Of a DNA stretch of 48,361 nt, positions 19,490 to 29,984 are shown in pieces. This DNA is from an uncultured Bacilli bacterium (lineage in GTDB: Bacteria; Bacillota_I; Bacilli_A; RFN20; DUOF01): NCBI GenBank assembly GCA_934101685.1, contig CAKORZ010000002.1:1-48361 (forward strand), in the 5' to 3' direction. The translations under genes and the position numbers were made by a program. Position 1 is the stretch's first letter. Each line of letters begins with the position of its first letter. The notes under the pieces were generated by a model. That model saw only the letters and a program-made list of their open reading frames with translations. It did no database searches and had not been told where the DNA came from.

Positions 19490-20472
19490 TCTAATTCCCC
19501 CAATTCTTTTTTATAATTATATATTAAATTTTCAAAGTCTTTATATGTTTCGACATGATTAATTTTATTTTTTAAATTAGTTGAATTAGGAAGTCCTTTT
19601 ACATAATAACAAGCATGTGTTCTCATCTCTTTTATAGCTACTTTTTCATCCATTATATTGCACAATTCTTTAGCGTGTCTTAAACACAAATCTAACCTTT
19701 CATCATTAGATGGATTTTCTAAAATTTCTCCTGTTTCTAAATAGTGATTTATTTGCTTAAAAAGGAAAGGATTGCCTAACGCTCCTCTTCCTATCATTAT
19801 AGCATCACAACCCGTTTCTTTTAGCATTCTAACAGCATCATCAATGCATTTAATATCACCATTCCCTATTACAGGAATTTTAACGCTATCTTTTACCATT
19901 TTTATGTATTCTATTCTTGCATTTCCAGTGTAAAACTCGCTTCTAGTTCTAGCATGTACACAAATAGCACTAACCCCAGCACCTTCTAACATTTTCGCCA
20001 TTTCTACTACATTTATATGCTCTTCATCAAACCCTAATCTAATCTTTGCAGTTACAGGTTTTTTACTAGCTTTTACTATAGCTTCTATTTTGTCTTTTGT
20101 ATCTTCAATATCTTTAAGCCAAAAACTACCAGCTTGAGACTTTAAAACTTTAGGAACAGGGCATCCCATATTAATATCTAAAATGTCTGCTTTAGTGTTG
20201 TTTATTATCTCTACTGCTTTAACTAAATATTCTTTTTCTCCACCAAATAATTGAAGCGCTACTGGATGCTCATTATCATCTATTTCTATCATTTTATATG
20301 TATTTTCACTATTAAAGCATAACGCCTTATCACTAATCATTTCTGTATATACTAAGCTAGCACCATATTCTTTTGCTATTTTTCTATATACAATATTAGT
20401 AATACCTGCCATAGGAGCACATACTACTTTTCCTTTAATTTCTACATTTCCTATTTTCAAAATAACCACCAA
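19486..20472 (-). CDS. dusB: tRNA-dihydrouridine synthase (DusB type)
   Basis: 328 aa. VVCAPMAGITN, DINMGCP and HARTR motifs. The track start is a TTG with no clear RBS, so the exact start is uncertain. Confidence 0.9.
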   Translation of the reverse strand: MVVILKIGNVEIKGKVVCAPMAGITNIVYRKIAKEYGASLVYTEMISDKALCFNSENTYKMIEIDDNEHPVALQLFGGEKEYLVKAVEIINNTKADILDINMGCPVPKVLKSQAGSFWLKDIEDTKDKIEAIVKASKKPVTAKIRLGFDEEHINVVEMAKMLEGAGVSAICVHARTRSEFYTGNARIEYIKMVKDSVKIPVIGNGDIKCIDDAVRMLKETGCDAIMIGRGALGNPFLFKQINHYLETGEILENPSNDERLDLCLRHAKELCNIMDEKVAIKEMRTHACYYVKGLPNSTNLKNKINHVETYKDFENLIYNYKKELGELE

Positions 20473-20490
20473 AGTTATTTTATCATTTAT

Positions 20491-22557
20491 TTAGTAAACT
20501 TCTATTCTTTTTTCTAGTAGTTTTACAATATTTTTTCTAAGTTCTCTTTTTATATATCTAGCGCCATATTTATTTAATTCTTCTTTATTTATTACATCTT
20601 TAACAAAGCTTTCTTCATTTATCTCAAAATTAAATTTATTTTGATACTCTTTTAAATAATTGTCTGTTATAGTTTTAACGCTATTTTCATCTAACTTATT
20701 AAAATATATTATTTCATCAATTCTACTTATAAATTCATAAGAAAAATGTTTATTTATTTCTTTATATACTTCTTCATTTTCTTTATTACTAGGTAAAAAA
20801 CCAAACTCTTTACTAGTATTACTTCCTATGTTAGATGTCATTATAATTATAGAATTTGTAAAGTCTATTTTTCTTTTTCTTGTATCGTAAAAATATCCTT
20901 CATCAAATATATTCAAAAAGACATTAATTACATCTTTATGAGCTTTTTCTATTTCATCTAGAATAATAACACTATGAGGGTGTGTACGAAGTTTATCTAC
21001 TAATAAAGTTTGATTTTCATATCCCACATATCCAGGTGGAGTTCCTATTAATTTTGATAATGAATGTGGCTCTTTAAACTCTGCCATATCTATTTTTATA
21101 TAAGCATCACTACTACCAAAATAATATTTAGCTATTTGTTTTGCTAACTCTGTTTTTCCAACTCCACTAGGGCCTACAAAAAAGTATATACCAAGTGGTT
21201 TATTATCTTCTATTAAACCTTTTTCTATATAAGATATGTTGTTAATAACTTTATCAATCGCTTCTTTTTGTCCTATAATTTTTTCATTTAATTCATTAAT
21301 TAATTTTTCTTTTTTAAAAGCTGTGTTTATTTCAACATTGTATAAATTTTCAATAGTTTGTATTACTGTTTCTTCATCTAAACTAGTTAAATTCTTCTTT
21401 TTTGCATTTACTAAACTGCAGTCTAAAACATCAATTGCTTTATCAGGAAAATAACGATCTGTTATATATTTTTTAGATAAATATACTATTCTTTTGCACA
21501 TATTATCGCTTATATTAACACCATGAAAATCTTCATATCCTTTTTTTATTCCCTTTAGTATTTCATAGCATTTAACTTCATTAGGTTCATCTAGCTTTAT
21601 AAGTTGAAATCTTCTTTCAATTGCTTTTTCTTTTTCTATTATTTTGATGTATTCATCATAAGTAGTCGCACCAATACAATGGATATCTCCTCTTGCTAAA
21701 TATGGTTTTAGTATGTTAGATGCATCAATCGCGCCTTCTGCTCCACCTGCTCCTATAATATTATGTATTTCATCTATAAAAATAATTGCATTATGATCTT
21801 CTTTTATTTTTTTTACTATCTTTTTTAATTTTTCTTCAAATTCTCCTCTATATTTAGTACCTGCTACAATTGAGGGAATATCTAGTTCATAAACTACCTT
21901 ATTTTTTAACTCGCATGTTATATCTCCAGTCACTATTTTATATGCTAAATACTCTACTAAAGCACTTTTTCCAACGCCTGGTTCTCCTACTATTAAAACA
22001 TTTGGCTTTTGTTTTCTAAGTAGTGTATTTACAATCAAATCTAGTTCTTTTTCCCTTTCATAAACTACTACTGGTTCTTTTAACATTTTTTTATTTAAAT
22101 TAGTTAACTCTTCTACATTATCAAGAGGGCTTATCTTATTAACTTTTAAATTTTCTAATAACAAATTAAAATCAACATTATATTTTTCTAGTAATTCTCT
22201 TGCTAAAGAATCTTCTTCTTTTATCATATACGTTGCTAAAACTTCAACGCTAACTTTTTCTTCATTTAATTTTTTTGATGCATTAATAGAATTTTCTAAT
22301 ATTTCTTTAAAAGAAGGAGTATATTCCATATAAAAAGGCAAGGAATCTTTCTTTTCAAATAGTGATAATAATTCTTTTTTTATTAATTCATAAGTAATAT
22401 TTTGACTTTCTAAAAGTTTTTTAACTTTGGTGTCTTTAACTTTTAAAAAAGATAATAACAAATGCTCACTACCCACACTAGTATGTCCAAAATCAAATGC
22501 TATAGATTCCGCTACTGCAATAATCTTTTGAGCCTTATCACAAAAACTTTTAATCAT
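20491..22557 (-). CDS. ClpC/ClpA-like two-ring AAA+ ATPase with a Clp N-domain and no M-domain
   Basis: 688 aa. Clp_N repeats at the N-terminus. D1 GEPGVGKSA / IIFIDEIH. D2 GPSGVGKTE / [14 protein letters not shown] loop in the position of the ClpP-docking VGF/IGF loop. Strong AGGAGG RBS. Confidence 0.9.
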   Translation of the reverse strand: MIKSFCDKAQKIIAVAESIAFDFGHTSVGSEHLLLSFLKVKDTKVKKLLESQNITYELIKKELLSLFEKKDSLPFYMEYTPSFKEILENSINASKKLNEEKVSVEVLATYMIKEEDSLARELLEKYNVDFNLLLENLKVNKISPLDNVEELTNLNKKMLKEPVVVYEREKELDLIVNTLLRKQKPNVLIVGEPGVGKSALVEYLAYKIVTGDITCELKNKVVYELDIPSIVAGTKYRGEFEEKLKKIVKKIKEDHNAIIFIDEIHNIIGAGGAEGAIDASNILKPYLARGDIHCIGATTYDEYIKIIEKEKAIERRFQLIKLDEPNEVKCYEILKGIKKGYEDFHGVNISDNMCKRIVYLSKKYITDRYFPDKAIDVLDCSLVNAKKKNLTSLDEETVIQTIENLYNVEINTAFKKEKLINELNEKIIGQKEAIDKVINNISYIEKGLIEDNKPLGIYFFVGPSGVGKTELAKQIAKYYFGSSDAYIKIDMAEFKEPHSLSKLIGTPPGYVGYENQTLLVDKLRTHPHSVIILDEIEKAHKDVINVFLNIFDEGYFYDTRKRKIDFTNSIIIMTSNIGSNTSKEFGFLPSNKENEEVYKEINKHFSYEFISRIDEIIYFNKLDENSVKTITDNYLKEYQNKFNFEINEESFVKDVINKEELNKYGARYIKRELRKNIVKLLEKRIEVY

Positions 22558-22632
22558 ACAATTCCTCCTATATAAAATTTATGATTAATACACATTTAAT
22601 TATGAACCAACTTTTAGCATTTAAACATTTTA

Positions 22633-23367
22633 TCAATAAAGTTTTCTAGCTACTCCTCTTGTATCAATTCCTCCTAGTCCTACTCCTCTAGATACCGTTT
22701 TTTTTAATGTAGCTTCAACATCTATATAACTTCCAACATGAGATTTTGCTACACTTATTGCTATGTACACTGGATCTAAAACATTTATATTTTGTCTAGT
22801 TGGAGAAGATGCAAAATTAGCACCACTTTCTATTAATGCTTCATAATAAGATTGACAAGCACCAGCAAAAATAACTAAAGCATCTTTGTCTGCTTGATAA
22901 ATACGAGCTTTTTTAACTGCTTGAATAAAATATTTGCTATTTTCAAAATGTTCTTTTTTATTTGAATCAACTTTATAATTATCATGCCCTGTTATTATTA
23001 AAATATCAGGTTTATGTTTAATTAATAAATTTGTTACTTGTTCAGGCATATCTTTTTCTTTCATGTAATATCCTTGCGCAGGTATATCATATTTTTTATA
23101 TATTTCTAAGCATTTTTTTAAGTAATTCTCATCTCCATCTAAATGAAGAACACACCCATTTATAAGCTTAGAATTACGTGAAAACTCTAGCTCTATTTGT
23201 TCTTGAGTTTCTTCTTTATCATATATTTTTAAGTCGCTTAAAGGAGCATCTGCACTTAATCTAATGCACACACCTTGTAATATAGCAATATTATTACTTA
23301 TATCTATTATTTTAAATACAACATCATGGTTATATTTATATCTTGTAACTAAAGCACCTATTTTCAT
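22633..23367 (-). CDS. yabG: Sporulation-specific protease YabG (peptidase U57)
   Basis: 244 aa. LHLDGDENYLKKCL, ITGHD, VIFAGACQS, GANFASSP and GLGGIDTRG match B. subtilis YabG closely as I recall it. Confidence 0.92.
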   Translation of the reverse strand: MKIGALVTRYKYNHDVVFKIIDISNNIAILQGVCIRLSADAPLSDLKIYDKEETQEQIELEFSRNSKLINGCVLHLDGDENYLKKCLEIYKKYDIPAQGYYMKEKDMPEQVTNLLIKHKPDILIITGHDNYKVDSNKKEHFENSKYFIQAVKKARIYQADKDALVIFAGACQSYYEALIESGANFASSPTRQNINVLDPVYIAISVAKSHVGSYIDVEATLKKTVSRGVGLGGIDTRGVARKLY

Positions 23368-23418
23368 AACTTCACCTCATATTAATGTATGTTGTTATTT
23401 AAAAATAGGTACTATGTT

Positions 23419-24093
23419 TTACTTTAAAAATGCAGGAAATTTATATTCATCTTTAATTACTTGATTATATAAATTCATGCTTTCTATATGCATTAAAACT
23501 AACTTTTCTTTATTTAAAGTTTTTATTAAATTGTAATCCATATGAACAGAAGCTGAAGTTCCTACTTCACTATATATTTTCACAAAATTTTTATCATTTA
23601 CTTTTTCTTTTAAATATTCAAAATCATTAGAATCACTTGTGTATAAAGTTTTCTTATTATCTTTATCAAAAATAATACTATAACATTCTAGTAACGGTGT
23701 ATGTGTTGTCTTTTTTAATTCTACTTTAAAAGAAAATGGCAAATCTAAATTAACAAATTCATAAATTGATGTACTTACTCCAGTTAAATTTAATAGTTTT
23801 ATTACTTCGCTTGTAAATGTTTTACTATTATTTATAATTTTTACTTTTATCTTAAAATAAGCATCGCAATATTGAATAAATGTAGGTAATCCCCCAACAT
23901 GATCACCATGCAAATGAGTAAGTATAACATATACTTCTTTATCTTTATTTACTAAATTATATTTAACTATTTTTCCAAAACTATCTAATCCTAAATCAAT
24001 AAATAATATTTTATTATTTTCTTCTATATAAGCACAATTGCATCCTAACTCACTATTAAAAGCTCCACCAATTCCAATAAAATTTAAGTCCAT
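23419..24093 (-). CDS. MBL-fold metallo-hydrolase
   Basis: 224 aa. HLHGDHVGG metal-binding motif. AAAGGATG RBS. Confidence 0.8.
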   Translation of the reverse strand: MDLNFIGIGGAFNSELGCNCAYIEENNKILFIDLGLDSFGKIVKYNLVNKDKEVYVILTHLHGDHVGGLPTFIQYCDAYFKIKVKIINNSKTFTSEVIKLLNLTGVSTSIYEFVNLDLPFSFKVELKKTTHTPLLECYSIIFDKDNKKTLYTSDSNDFEYLKEKVNDKNFVKIYSEVGTSASVHMDYNLIKTLNKEKLVLMHIESMNLYNQVIKDEYKFPAFLK

Positions 24094-24094
24094 A

Positions 24095-24922
24095 TTATTT
24101 CATCCTTTCAACTATTTCTAATAATTCCTTTATAGTTAATTCCTCTATCCTAATTGTTTCTTTTATTTTTAACTCATTTAATGTTTTTAATATCTTTTCT
24201 TTATCAAAAGGAAGGGTGTTTATCAAAGTCTTTCTTCTGTTTTTTAAGCATTCTTTTATTATTTCTAAGAAATAATAATCTAGTTTATAACTATCTTTAT
24301 TTATATTAAATTCAAGAACAATAGAATCTACTTTTGGTCTTGGTTCAAAATCATTTTTACTCACATACATTACTGTATTTACATTACAATAATTATCTAT
24401 TAATACTTTTAAAAAGCTTTCTATTTTATCTTCTTTTTTTAATAATTTTTTTCCAACTTCTTTTTGCATCATTACTATCATTTTAGTAATTAAAGGATGT
24501 TTTAAAGCTATTATTTTTTCTAAAATATCGGAAGTTATATAGTAAGGCAAATTAGAAACAATAATTACTTCTTTGTATTCTTTATAGTTACTAATTAATT
24601 CATTTAAATCCACTTTCATAAAATCTTCATTTATTATTTTTAAATTAGAACAATCTTTAAAGTTTTCATTTAGAACTTCAACCATTTTTTTATCTATTTC
24701 AATTGCTATTACTTGCTTTGATAGTTCTAATAATTTTTGAGTTAAAGCTCCAAGCCCTGGGCCTATTTCTATGACAAGCGTGTCTTCTTTTATATTACAT
24801 TTATTAGCGATAGTTTCTATAGTTTTAGGGTTGATTAAAAAATTTTGCCCATATCCTTTTTTAGCAATTAAATTATATTCTTTTAAAATTCTAAATGTTT
24901 CTTTTTTAGTTGCTATTATCAC
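24095..24922 (-). CDS. rsmA: 16S rRNA (adenine1518/1519-N6)-dimethyltransferase RsmA/KsgA
   Basis: 275 aa. GQNFL and EIGPGLGALT motifs. GTG start overlaps the rnmV TGA. Confidence 0.94.
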   Translation of the reverse strand: MIIATKKETFRILKEYNLIAKKGYGQNFLINPKTIETIANKCNIKEDTLVIEIGPGLGALTQKLLELSKQVIAIEIDKKMVEVLNENFKDCSNLKIINEDFMKVDLNELISNYKEYKEVIIVSNLPYYITSDILEKIIALKHPLITKMIVMMQKEVGKKLLKKEDKIESFLKVLIDNYCNVNTVMYVSKNDFEPRPKVDSIVLEFNINKDSYKLDYYFLEIIKECLKNRRKTLINTLPFDKEKILKTLNELKIKETIRIEELTIKELLEIVERMK

Positions 24923-25446
24923 TCTATCACTTCCTTTATTTCTTTTATAGTAAGTCCAAACATATTTACTCTTTTTAAAAATGTTTTAGCGTTACACCAT
25001 CCTAAATGATAGTAATTACATACTTTTTCTCTTTTACTTTTTGAATCATTTTTTCCAAGTAATCCTAACTCATATAAATCACTTTCACTAACTAATTTTT
25101 GATTATTTTTCTTATAAGTAACTACATTTTTTAAAGCTTCTAGAATATCTTCTTTTTTGGTTTCTGCTATTCCTACTTTTTTACCTTTTATAGCCTTACT
25201 TTTTTCTACATAAGCATGTTTACAATCGCCTATGTAGTTAGTTATTATATTTCTAATTCTAAGACCTGGATAATCTGGATCTGTTAAAATAATAACACCT
25301 TGTTTTTCATTTGCTTCTTTTATAAAATCTAGTGTATTTTTTGATATTTCACTACCATTAGTTATTACTATATCAGCATCTAAAAAACTTTTTAAAAAGA
25401 TTAAATCAGTTTTCCCCTCTACTACTATTAACTCTTTTACTTTCAT
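24919..25446 (-). CDS. rnmV: Ribonuclease M5 (Toprim domain)
   Basis: 175 aa. LIVVEGKTD and ILTDPDYPG Toprim motifs. GAGGT RBS. Confidence 0.92.
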   Translation of the reverse strand: MKVKELIVVEGKTDLIFLKSFLDADIVITNGSEISKNTLDFIKEANEKQGVIILTDPDYPGLRIRNIITNYIGDCKHAYVEKSKAIKGKKVGIAETKKEDILEALKNVVTYKKNNQKLVSESDLYELGLLGKNDSKSKREKVCNYYHLGWCNAKTFLKRVNMFGLTIKEIKEVIE

Positions 25447-25448
25447 TT

Positions 25449-26210
25449 TTATACCTCAAAAAAATCACAAGCATTATTGTACACTATTTGTGACATTTCT
25501 TCTTCATTTATATTTTTTAGTCTAGACATTTCTTCTACTACTAAATGAATATATTTTGGCTCATTTCTTTTTCCTCTATAAGGATGAGGAGTTAAATATG
25601 GAGCATCTGTTTCTGTTAATAAATGCTTAGAATCTATTTCTTGTACTACTTCTTTATTTTGCTTAGAATTTAAGAAAGTTAAAGCCCCTCCAAATGCTAG
25701 CATGAATCCTAATTTAATAAATTCTTTTGCTAACTCTAGTGAATAACTGTAACAATGCATTATTCCTTTTTTATAATACATTTTATTTTCTTTTAATACG
25801 TTAAAAGTATCTTCGGCTGAATCACGAGAATGAATAATAATAGGTAAATTATATTTGTTAGACCATTTTATTTGTTTTATAAAAACTTCTTTTTGTTCTT
25901 CTTTATTATCTTTATCCCAATGATAATCTAAACCTATTTCTCCAATTGCTACTACTTTTTCATTAGTTAAAAGACTTTCTATTTTGTCTAAATCATCTTT
26001 ATTCATCTTTTTTATTTCACTTGGATGCATTCCAACTGCTGCATATATAAATTCATATTGTTTTGCTATTTGTATAGCTTTTAGTGAAGTTTCTAAATCA
26101 TAGCCAACTACTACCATTTTATTTACACCATTTTCTAGTGCATTATTAACTATTTCATCTACATTTTCATATTGTTCGCTATTTAAGTGTACATGTGTGT
26201 CAAAATACAT
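25449..26210 (-). CDS. tatD: TatD-family metal-dependent hydrolase (YabD-like)
   Basis: 253 aa. YFDTHVHL, EIGLDYHW, IIHSRD and ETDAPYLTP motifs. Confidence 0.93.
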   Translation of the reverse strand: MYFDTHVHLNSEQYENVDEIVNNALENGVNKMVVVGYDLETSLKAIQIAKQYEFIYAAVGMHPSEIKKMNKDDLDKIESLLTNEKVVAIGEIGLDYHWDKDNKEEQKEVFIKQIKWSNKYNLPIIIHSRDSAEDTFNVLKENKMYYKKGIMHCYSYSLELAKEFIKLGFMLAFGGALTFLNSKQNKEVVQEIDSKHLLTETDAPYLTPHPYRGKRNEPKYIHLVVEEMSRLKNINEEEMSQIVYNNACDFFEV

Positions 26211-26216
26211 AATATC

Positions 26217-27545
26217 CTACTTTCCTAAGCAAAATCTAGCAAAGATTTCTTCACTTAAATTTATTTTGCTACGATTACCTAAAATATCTTCAATATTATT
26301 TAAAGCACTAACTAAATCAATAGACACTAAATCAATTGGAGTGTCACTTTCTAACTCTTTTAAACCATTTTCTATATTGCTCAAACTTGCCTCTAATAAT
26401 CCAATTTGTCTAGAATTAGTTAATAAAGGTTTATTATCATAATTATAGTTATAACCCACTACTCTTTTTATTTCTTTTTTTAAGTCTTCTATATCATTAT
26501 TTTTAGCACTTATTTTTATTCCTTCTAGGGTTGTTTTTTCGTTTAATTCTTTTTTATTTATTACTCTTATTACTTTTTTATTTTTAGTTAATTCTATTAG
26601 TTTTTTATCTTCATCATCTAATTCACTAGATGCATCTAATAGTAAAAGAATAAGATCTGCTTCATTTATCATTTTTAATGATTTTTCAATTCCTATCTTT
26701 TCTACATTATCATCACTTTCTCTAATACCTGCAGTATCTAATAAATTTAATTTTAATCCATCTAAATTTACTTGACCTTCTACTACATCTCTAGTAGTAC
26801 CAGCAATATTAGTAACAATAGCTTTATCTTCTTGTAATAAAGCGTTTAATAAACTAGATTTGCCTACATTTGGTTTTCCAACTATTGCAACTTTTATTCC
26901 ATCTTTTATAATTCTACCTATATTAGCATCTTTAATAATATCTTTTATATCTTTTCTTAACTCTACTAATTTTAAAGTTGCTACTTCTTTAGTTACAACT
27001 TCTGCATCATCATATTCAGGATAATCTATATTTACTTCTATATTTGAAATTATTTTTAATAATTTTTCTTTTACATCCATTATCATTTTAGAGGTATTTC
27101 CTTTTAGTGATAAAACTGCTAATTTGCTTTCTTCTTCACTTGTTGCTCTAATCATGTCATTAATTGCTTCTGCTTGTATTAAATCTATTTTGCTATTTAA
27201 ATATGCTCTTTTAGAGAACTCTCCTCTATTAGCCATTCTTGCTCCATTTTTAATACATGCTTTAATTATTTTGTTAACAATAAACATTCCACCATGGCAA
27301 TTTATTTCAAAAGAATTTTCTCCTGTAAAAGAATGAGGTGCAACAAAAGTAGTTATAATTACTTCATCTATTATTTCATTATTATCTACTAAATTACCAA
27401 AATATGCTTTATGTCCTTCTGGTTTAATTTTTTTACTAAATATCTTATTTAATAAATCAAAACTATTCTCCCCACTTACTCTAATTAACGCTATTGCAGA
27501 TTCCATTGGTGCTGTTGCTAAAGCTACTATTACATCGTTCATCAT
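26217..27545 (-). CDS. mnmE: tRNA modification GTPase MnmE
   Basis: G1 motif GKPNVGKSSLLNAL, DTAGIRE, C-terminal FCLGK. I prefer the ATG at 27543-27545, preceded by AGAGGAA. This also removes the overlap with the upstream small ORF. The track start is 27566. Confidence 0.93.
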   Translation of the reverse strand: MMNDVIVALATAPMESAIALIRVSGENSFDLLNKIFSKKIKPEGHKAYFGNLVDNNEIIDEVIITTFVAPHSFTGENSFEINCHGGMFIVNKIIKACIKNGARMANRGEFSKRAYLNSKIDLIQAEAINDMIRATSEEESKLAVLSLKGNTSKMIMDVKEKLLKIISNIEVNIDYPEYDDAEVVTKEVATLKLVELRKDIKDIIKDANIGRIIKDGIKVAIVGKPNVGKSSLLNALLQEDKAIVTNIAGTTRDVVEGQVNLDGLKLNLLDTAGIRESDDNVEKIGIEKSLKMINEADLILLLLDASSELDDEDKKLIELTKNKKVIRVINKKELNEKTTLEGIKISAKNNDIEDLKKEIKRVVGYNYNYDNKPLLTNSRQIGLLEASLSNIENGLKELESDTPIDLVSIDLVSALNNIEDILGNRSKINLSEEIFARFCLGK

Positions 27546-27555
27546 ATTTATTCCT

Positions 27556-27762
27556 CTATTCTTCATTTAATTCTTTTAATCTTTTATTTATTACTTGTAT
27601 CTCTTCTAATACTTTTTTATATTTTTCTTTTACTAATTTAAGTTGATCTTCATTTAATGAATCTTTATTTTCTTCATATTTTTTCTCTAATTGTTTATAT
27701 TCTCTAACTTTTAAATTTAATTTTAAAGTAAGTTCTAATATTTCTTGTTTTTTATTATCCAT
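27556..27762 (-). CDS. Small (68 aa) K/E-rich predicted coiled-coil protein, function unknown
   Basis: Strong AAGGAGG RBS 7 nt upstream of the ATG. The stop lies 10 nt before the mnmE start. A heptad-like charged sequence runs throughout. Confidence 0.65.
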   Translation of the reverse strand: MDNKKQEILELTLKLNLKVREYKQLEKKYEENKDSLNEDQLKLVKEKYKKVLEEIQVINKRLKELNEE

Positions 27763-27815
27763 TATAAAAGACCTCCTTTTTTAAAATTATATCATTAAAA
27801 GATAATTATTTTTAT

Positions 27816-27856
27816 AAAAATAAAAAATATTTAGATTTTTATTTCTAAATATTTTT
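27816..27856 (-). terminator. Putative intrinsic terminator downstream of jag (A/T-armed hairpin, possibly bidirectional)
   Basis: Stem aaaaatatttaga (27823-27835) / tctaaatattttt (27844-27856) with an 8-nt loop. T-rich tract on the minus strand. Confidence 0.5.
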
Positions 27857-27862
27857 AAATCA

Positions 27863-28456
27863 TTATTCTTCTTCTACGTAGTAAATTGTTAATCTACGAT
27901 CTTTTCCTTGCCCAACACTTTCTGTTTTTATATTGTGATAATTTGTAAGTGCTCCATGGATGATTCTTCTTTCATCACTAGGCATAGGTCTAAGTGTTAC
28001 TTTAGTTTTTGTTTGTTGTACTTCTTTAGCATATTTTCTAGCCATTTGGATTAACTTTTCATATTTTTCTTCTTTGTATTCACCAATGTCTAATAAGATT
28101 TTGTAATGCTTATTATAACGATTGTGAATAGCTGCTCTTACAAGTTCATTTAATGCTTGAAGTGTTCTTCCACCTTTTCCAATTAATACAGCATCATGAT
28201 CTGTCTTGATATTTACATGAATAACTTCACCTTCATATTTAGCACTTAATTCAACTTTTAAGTTCATATTAGTTAAAATAGTATTTAAATAATTTTTAAC
28301 ATAATCAATTACATCAGCAACAAAATATGCTTCTATTTCAACACTTGTATCTGTTTGAGTTAATACTCTATATTGTAAGTATTCAATATCAACATTTAAT
28401 TCATCAGCAGCTTTATCTAAAGCTTCATTTAAATCTTTACCTTTGTACAAATTCAT
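27863..28456 (-). CDS. khpB: Jag/KhpB RNA-binding protein (KH plus R3H domains)
   Basis: 197 aa. GKGGRTLQALNELV (KH) and ERRIIHGAL (R3H). Canonical position after yidC. Confidence 0.9.
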   Translation of the reverse strand: MNLYKGKDLNEALDKAADELNVDIEYLQYRVLTQTDTSVEIEAYFVADVIDYVKNYLNTILTNMNLKVELSAKYEGEVIHVNIKTDHDAVLIGKGGRTLQALNELVRAAIHNRYNKHYKILLDIGEYKEEKYEKLIQMARKYAKEVQQTKTKVTLRPMPSDERRIIHGALTNYHNIKTESVGQGKDRRLTIYYVEEE

Positions 28457-28477
28457 TTTAATCCACCTCTTACTTAA

Positions 28478-29599
28478 TTATCTTACTACTTTTGCTTTCT
28501 TTTTTCTATTACCTAGGTTATATAATTTTTCTTTTACTTTAGGACTTTGGAAAATAATTGTTTGAACAATACTAAATATTGCTCCTACTGTCCAATAAAT
28601 TGCTAAAGCAGATGGTAATAAGAAACCAGTTATTAAAATCATTACTAACATAATGTTCATCATAAGAGATGTTTGTTTGTTTGATTCTCTAATTTTTTCT
28701 TTATCTTTATAACTAGCTTGTTTTAATCTAATAATGTTAGGTATCTTCATTGATAAAATTTGAGCTCCTGTCATTAATAAGAATAATATTATTGCAGTTA
28801 CATTTAAATTAAATACTTGTGTACTTACAGCTTGCCCTAAAGTCAATCCTAAAAATTTACCTGTTCTAATAACTAATGTTTGGCTAACTGCAGACCATAC
28901 AGATAAGAATATTGGTAGTGAAATAATTGTAGGAAGTAAACTAGCAAGTGGGTTTATACCATTTTTCTTATATATTTCCATTACTTTCATTGATAATCTA
29001 TTTTTTTCTGCTTGTGTTATGTTAGGATCTTTTAATTTATTAGAAATTTCTGTAATTTCTGCTTGAATAGATTGCATTTTTTGAGTTTGCACTTGGCTTT
29101 TGAAAGTTAAAGCTAACATTAACAATCTTATTATTATAGTTGTAACAACTATAGCCAATACTTTTCCAAATCCTGTTGCGCCAAATAAACTTGTAAAGCT
29201 TACTAATAGCCAAGAAATAGGGAATACAATTAAGCCTTCTAATAATCCTTTTTTAAATGCATCTCCCCAAGTTTTTCCTTTTATAATAGCACCACTATTA
29301 GGATCTTCCATATCACTCATAGTAATACAAGCTTTAGGATGGCTCTTATATTCAGAATCAATTTTGTTTTGTATATTTTGATCTATATATTTTTGAATTT
29401 CTGCTTCATCTGTTATGTTGTTTGTTATTGCTTCTTCTCTAAGTGTAGCTTTATACTCTTCATTACCTTGCCATTTTTCTGTTATGGATTGCTTTATAGC
29501 AGCATAATCTTCCTCACTACACATAGTTTGGCTACAACTACATCCGCTTACCATTAATACTGCAAAAAACAGTACTATTATCACTTTTAATTTTTTCAT
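28478..29599 (-). CDS. yidC: Membrane protein insertase YidC/SpoIIIJ (lipoprotein type)
   Basis: 373 aa. Lipobox LMVSGC. Multi-TM core with a PIFLSVW-type segment. Basic C-terminal tail. Confidence 0.92.
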   Translation of the reverse strand: MKKLKVIIVLFFAVLMVSGCSCSQTMCSEEDYAAIKQSITEKWQGNEEYKATLREEAITNNITDEAEIQKYIDQNIQNKIDSEYKSHPKACITMSDMEDPNSGAIIKGKTWGDAFKKGLLEGLIVFPISWLLVSFTSLFGATGFGKVLAIVVTTIIIRLLMLALTFKSQVQTQKMQSIQAEITEISNKLKDPNITQAEKNRLSMKVMEIYKKNGINPLASLLPTIISLPIFLSVWSAVSQTLVIRTGKFLGLTLGQAVSTQVFNLNVTAIILFLLMTGAQILSMKIPNIIRLKQASYKDKEKIRESNKQTSLMMNIMLVMILITGFLLPSALAIYWTVGAIFSIVQTIIFQSPKVKEKLYNLGNRKKKAKVVR

Positions 29600-29600
29600 T

Positions 29601-29933
29601 CTATTTTTCCTTTCTTAATTTCAATAATAAATTTTTTAAAGATTCTTTATTCTTAATAAAGTTATTATTAATATAGTTATTTCTAACTATTATAACTATA
29701 TCATTATTTGTATTAATTTCTATTAATTCTTTTAAAAATTCGTTTATTTGTCTTTTAACTTTATGTCTAACTACTGAATTTCCTATTTTAGAGCTAACAC
29801 TTATACCTACTCTAACATGATTTAATTCATTATTCTTTATATAAACTACATATTCTTTATTAGCTATACTTTTTTTATTATCTAATACGTTTTTGAAATC
29901 TTGATTTTTTAATAGTCTATTTATCTTTTTCAT
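29601..29933 (-). CDS. rnpA: Ribonuclease P protein component
   Basis: 110 aa, basic. KIGNSVVRHKVKRQ resembles the RNR motif. Sits between rpmH and yidC. Confidence 0.9.
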   Translation of the reverse strand: MKKINRLLKNQDFKNVLDNKKSIANKEYVVYIKNNELNHVRVGISVSSKIGNSVVRHKVKRQINEFLKELIEINTNNDIVIIVRNNYINNNFIKNKESLKNLLLKLRKEK

Positions 29934-29952
29934 ATATATTCCTTTTTATTAA

Positions 29953-29977
29953 TAAAAAAAGCTACTTACTAGTAGCT
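29953..29977 (-). terminator. Hairpin plus U-run between rpmH and rnpA (terminator or attenuator)
   Basis: Stem agctact (29960-29966) / agtagct (29971-29977) with loop tact. On the minus strand it is followed by a T-run. Confidence 0.4.
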
Positions 29978-29984
29978 CCTTTTA

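Noticed and set aside
22633-24093. yabG plus the adjacent 224-aa MBL hydrolase as a possible novel two-gene module
   Set aside because: Both look like ordinary members of large families sitting in a long co-directional housekeeping array. Nothing in the sequence links them functionally.
27546-27566. N-terminal extension of mnmE (MKNRGIN) given by the ORF track
   Set aside because: The internal ATG at 27545 is preceded by AGAGGAA. Using it removes the overlap with the 68-aa ORF and gives a typical MnmE N-terminus.
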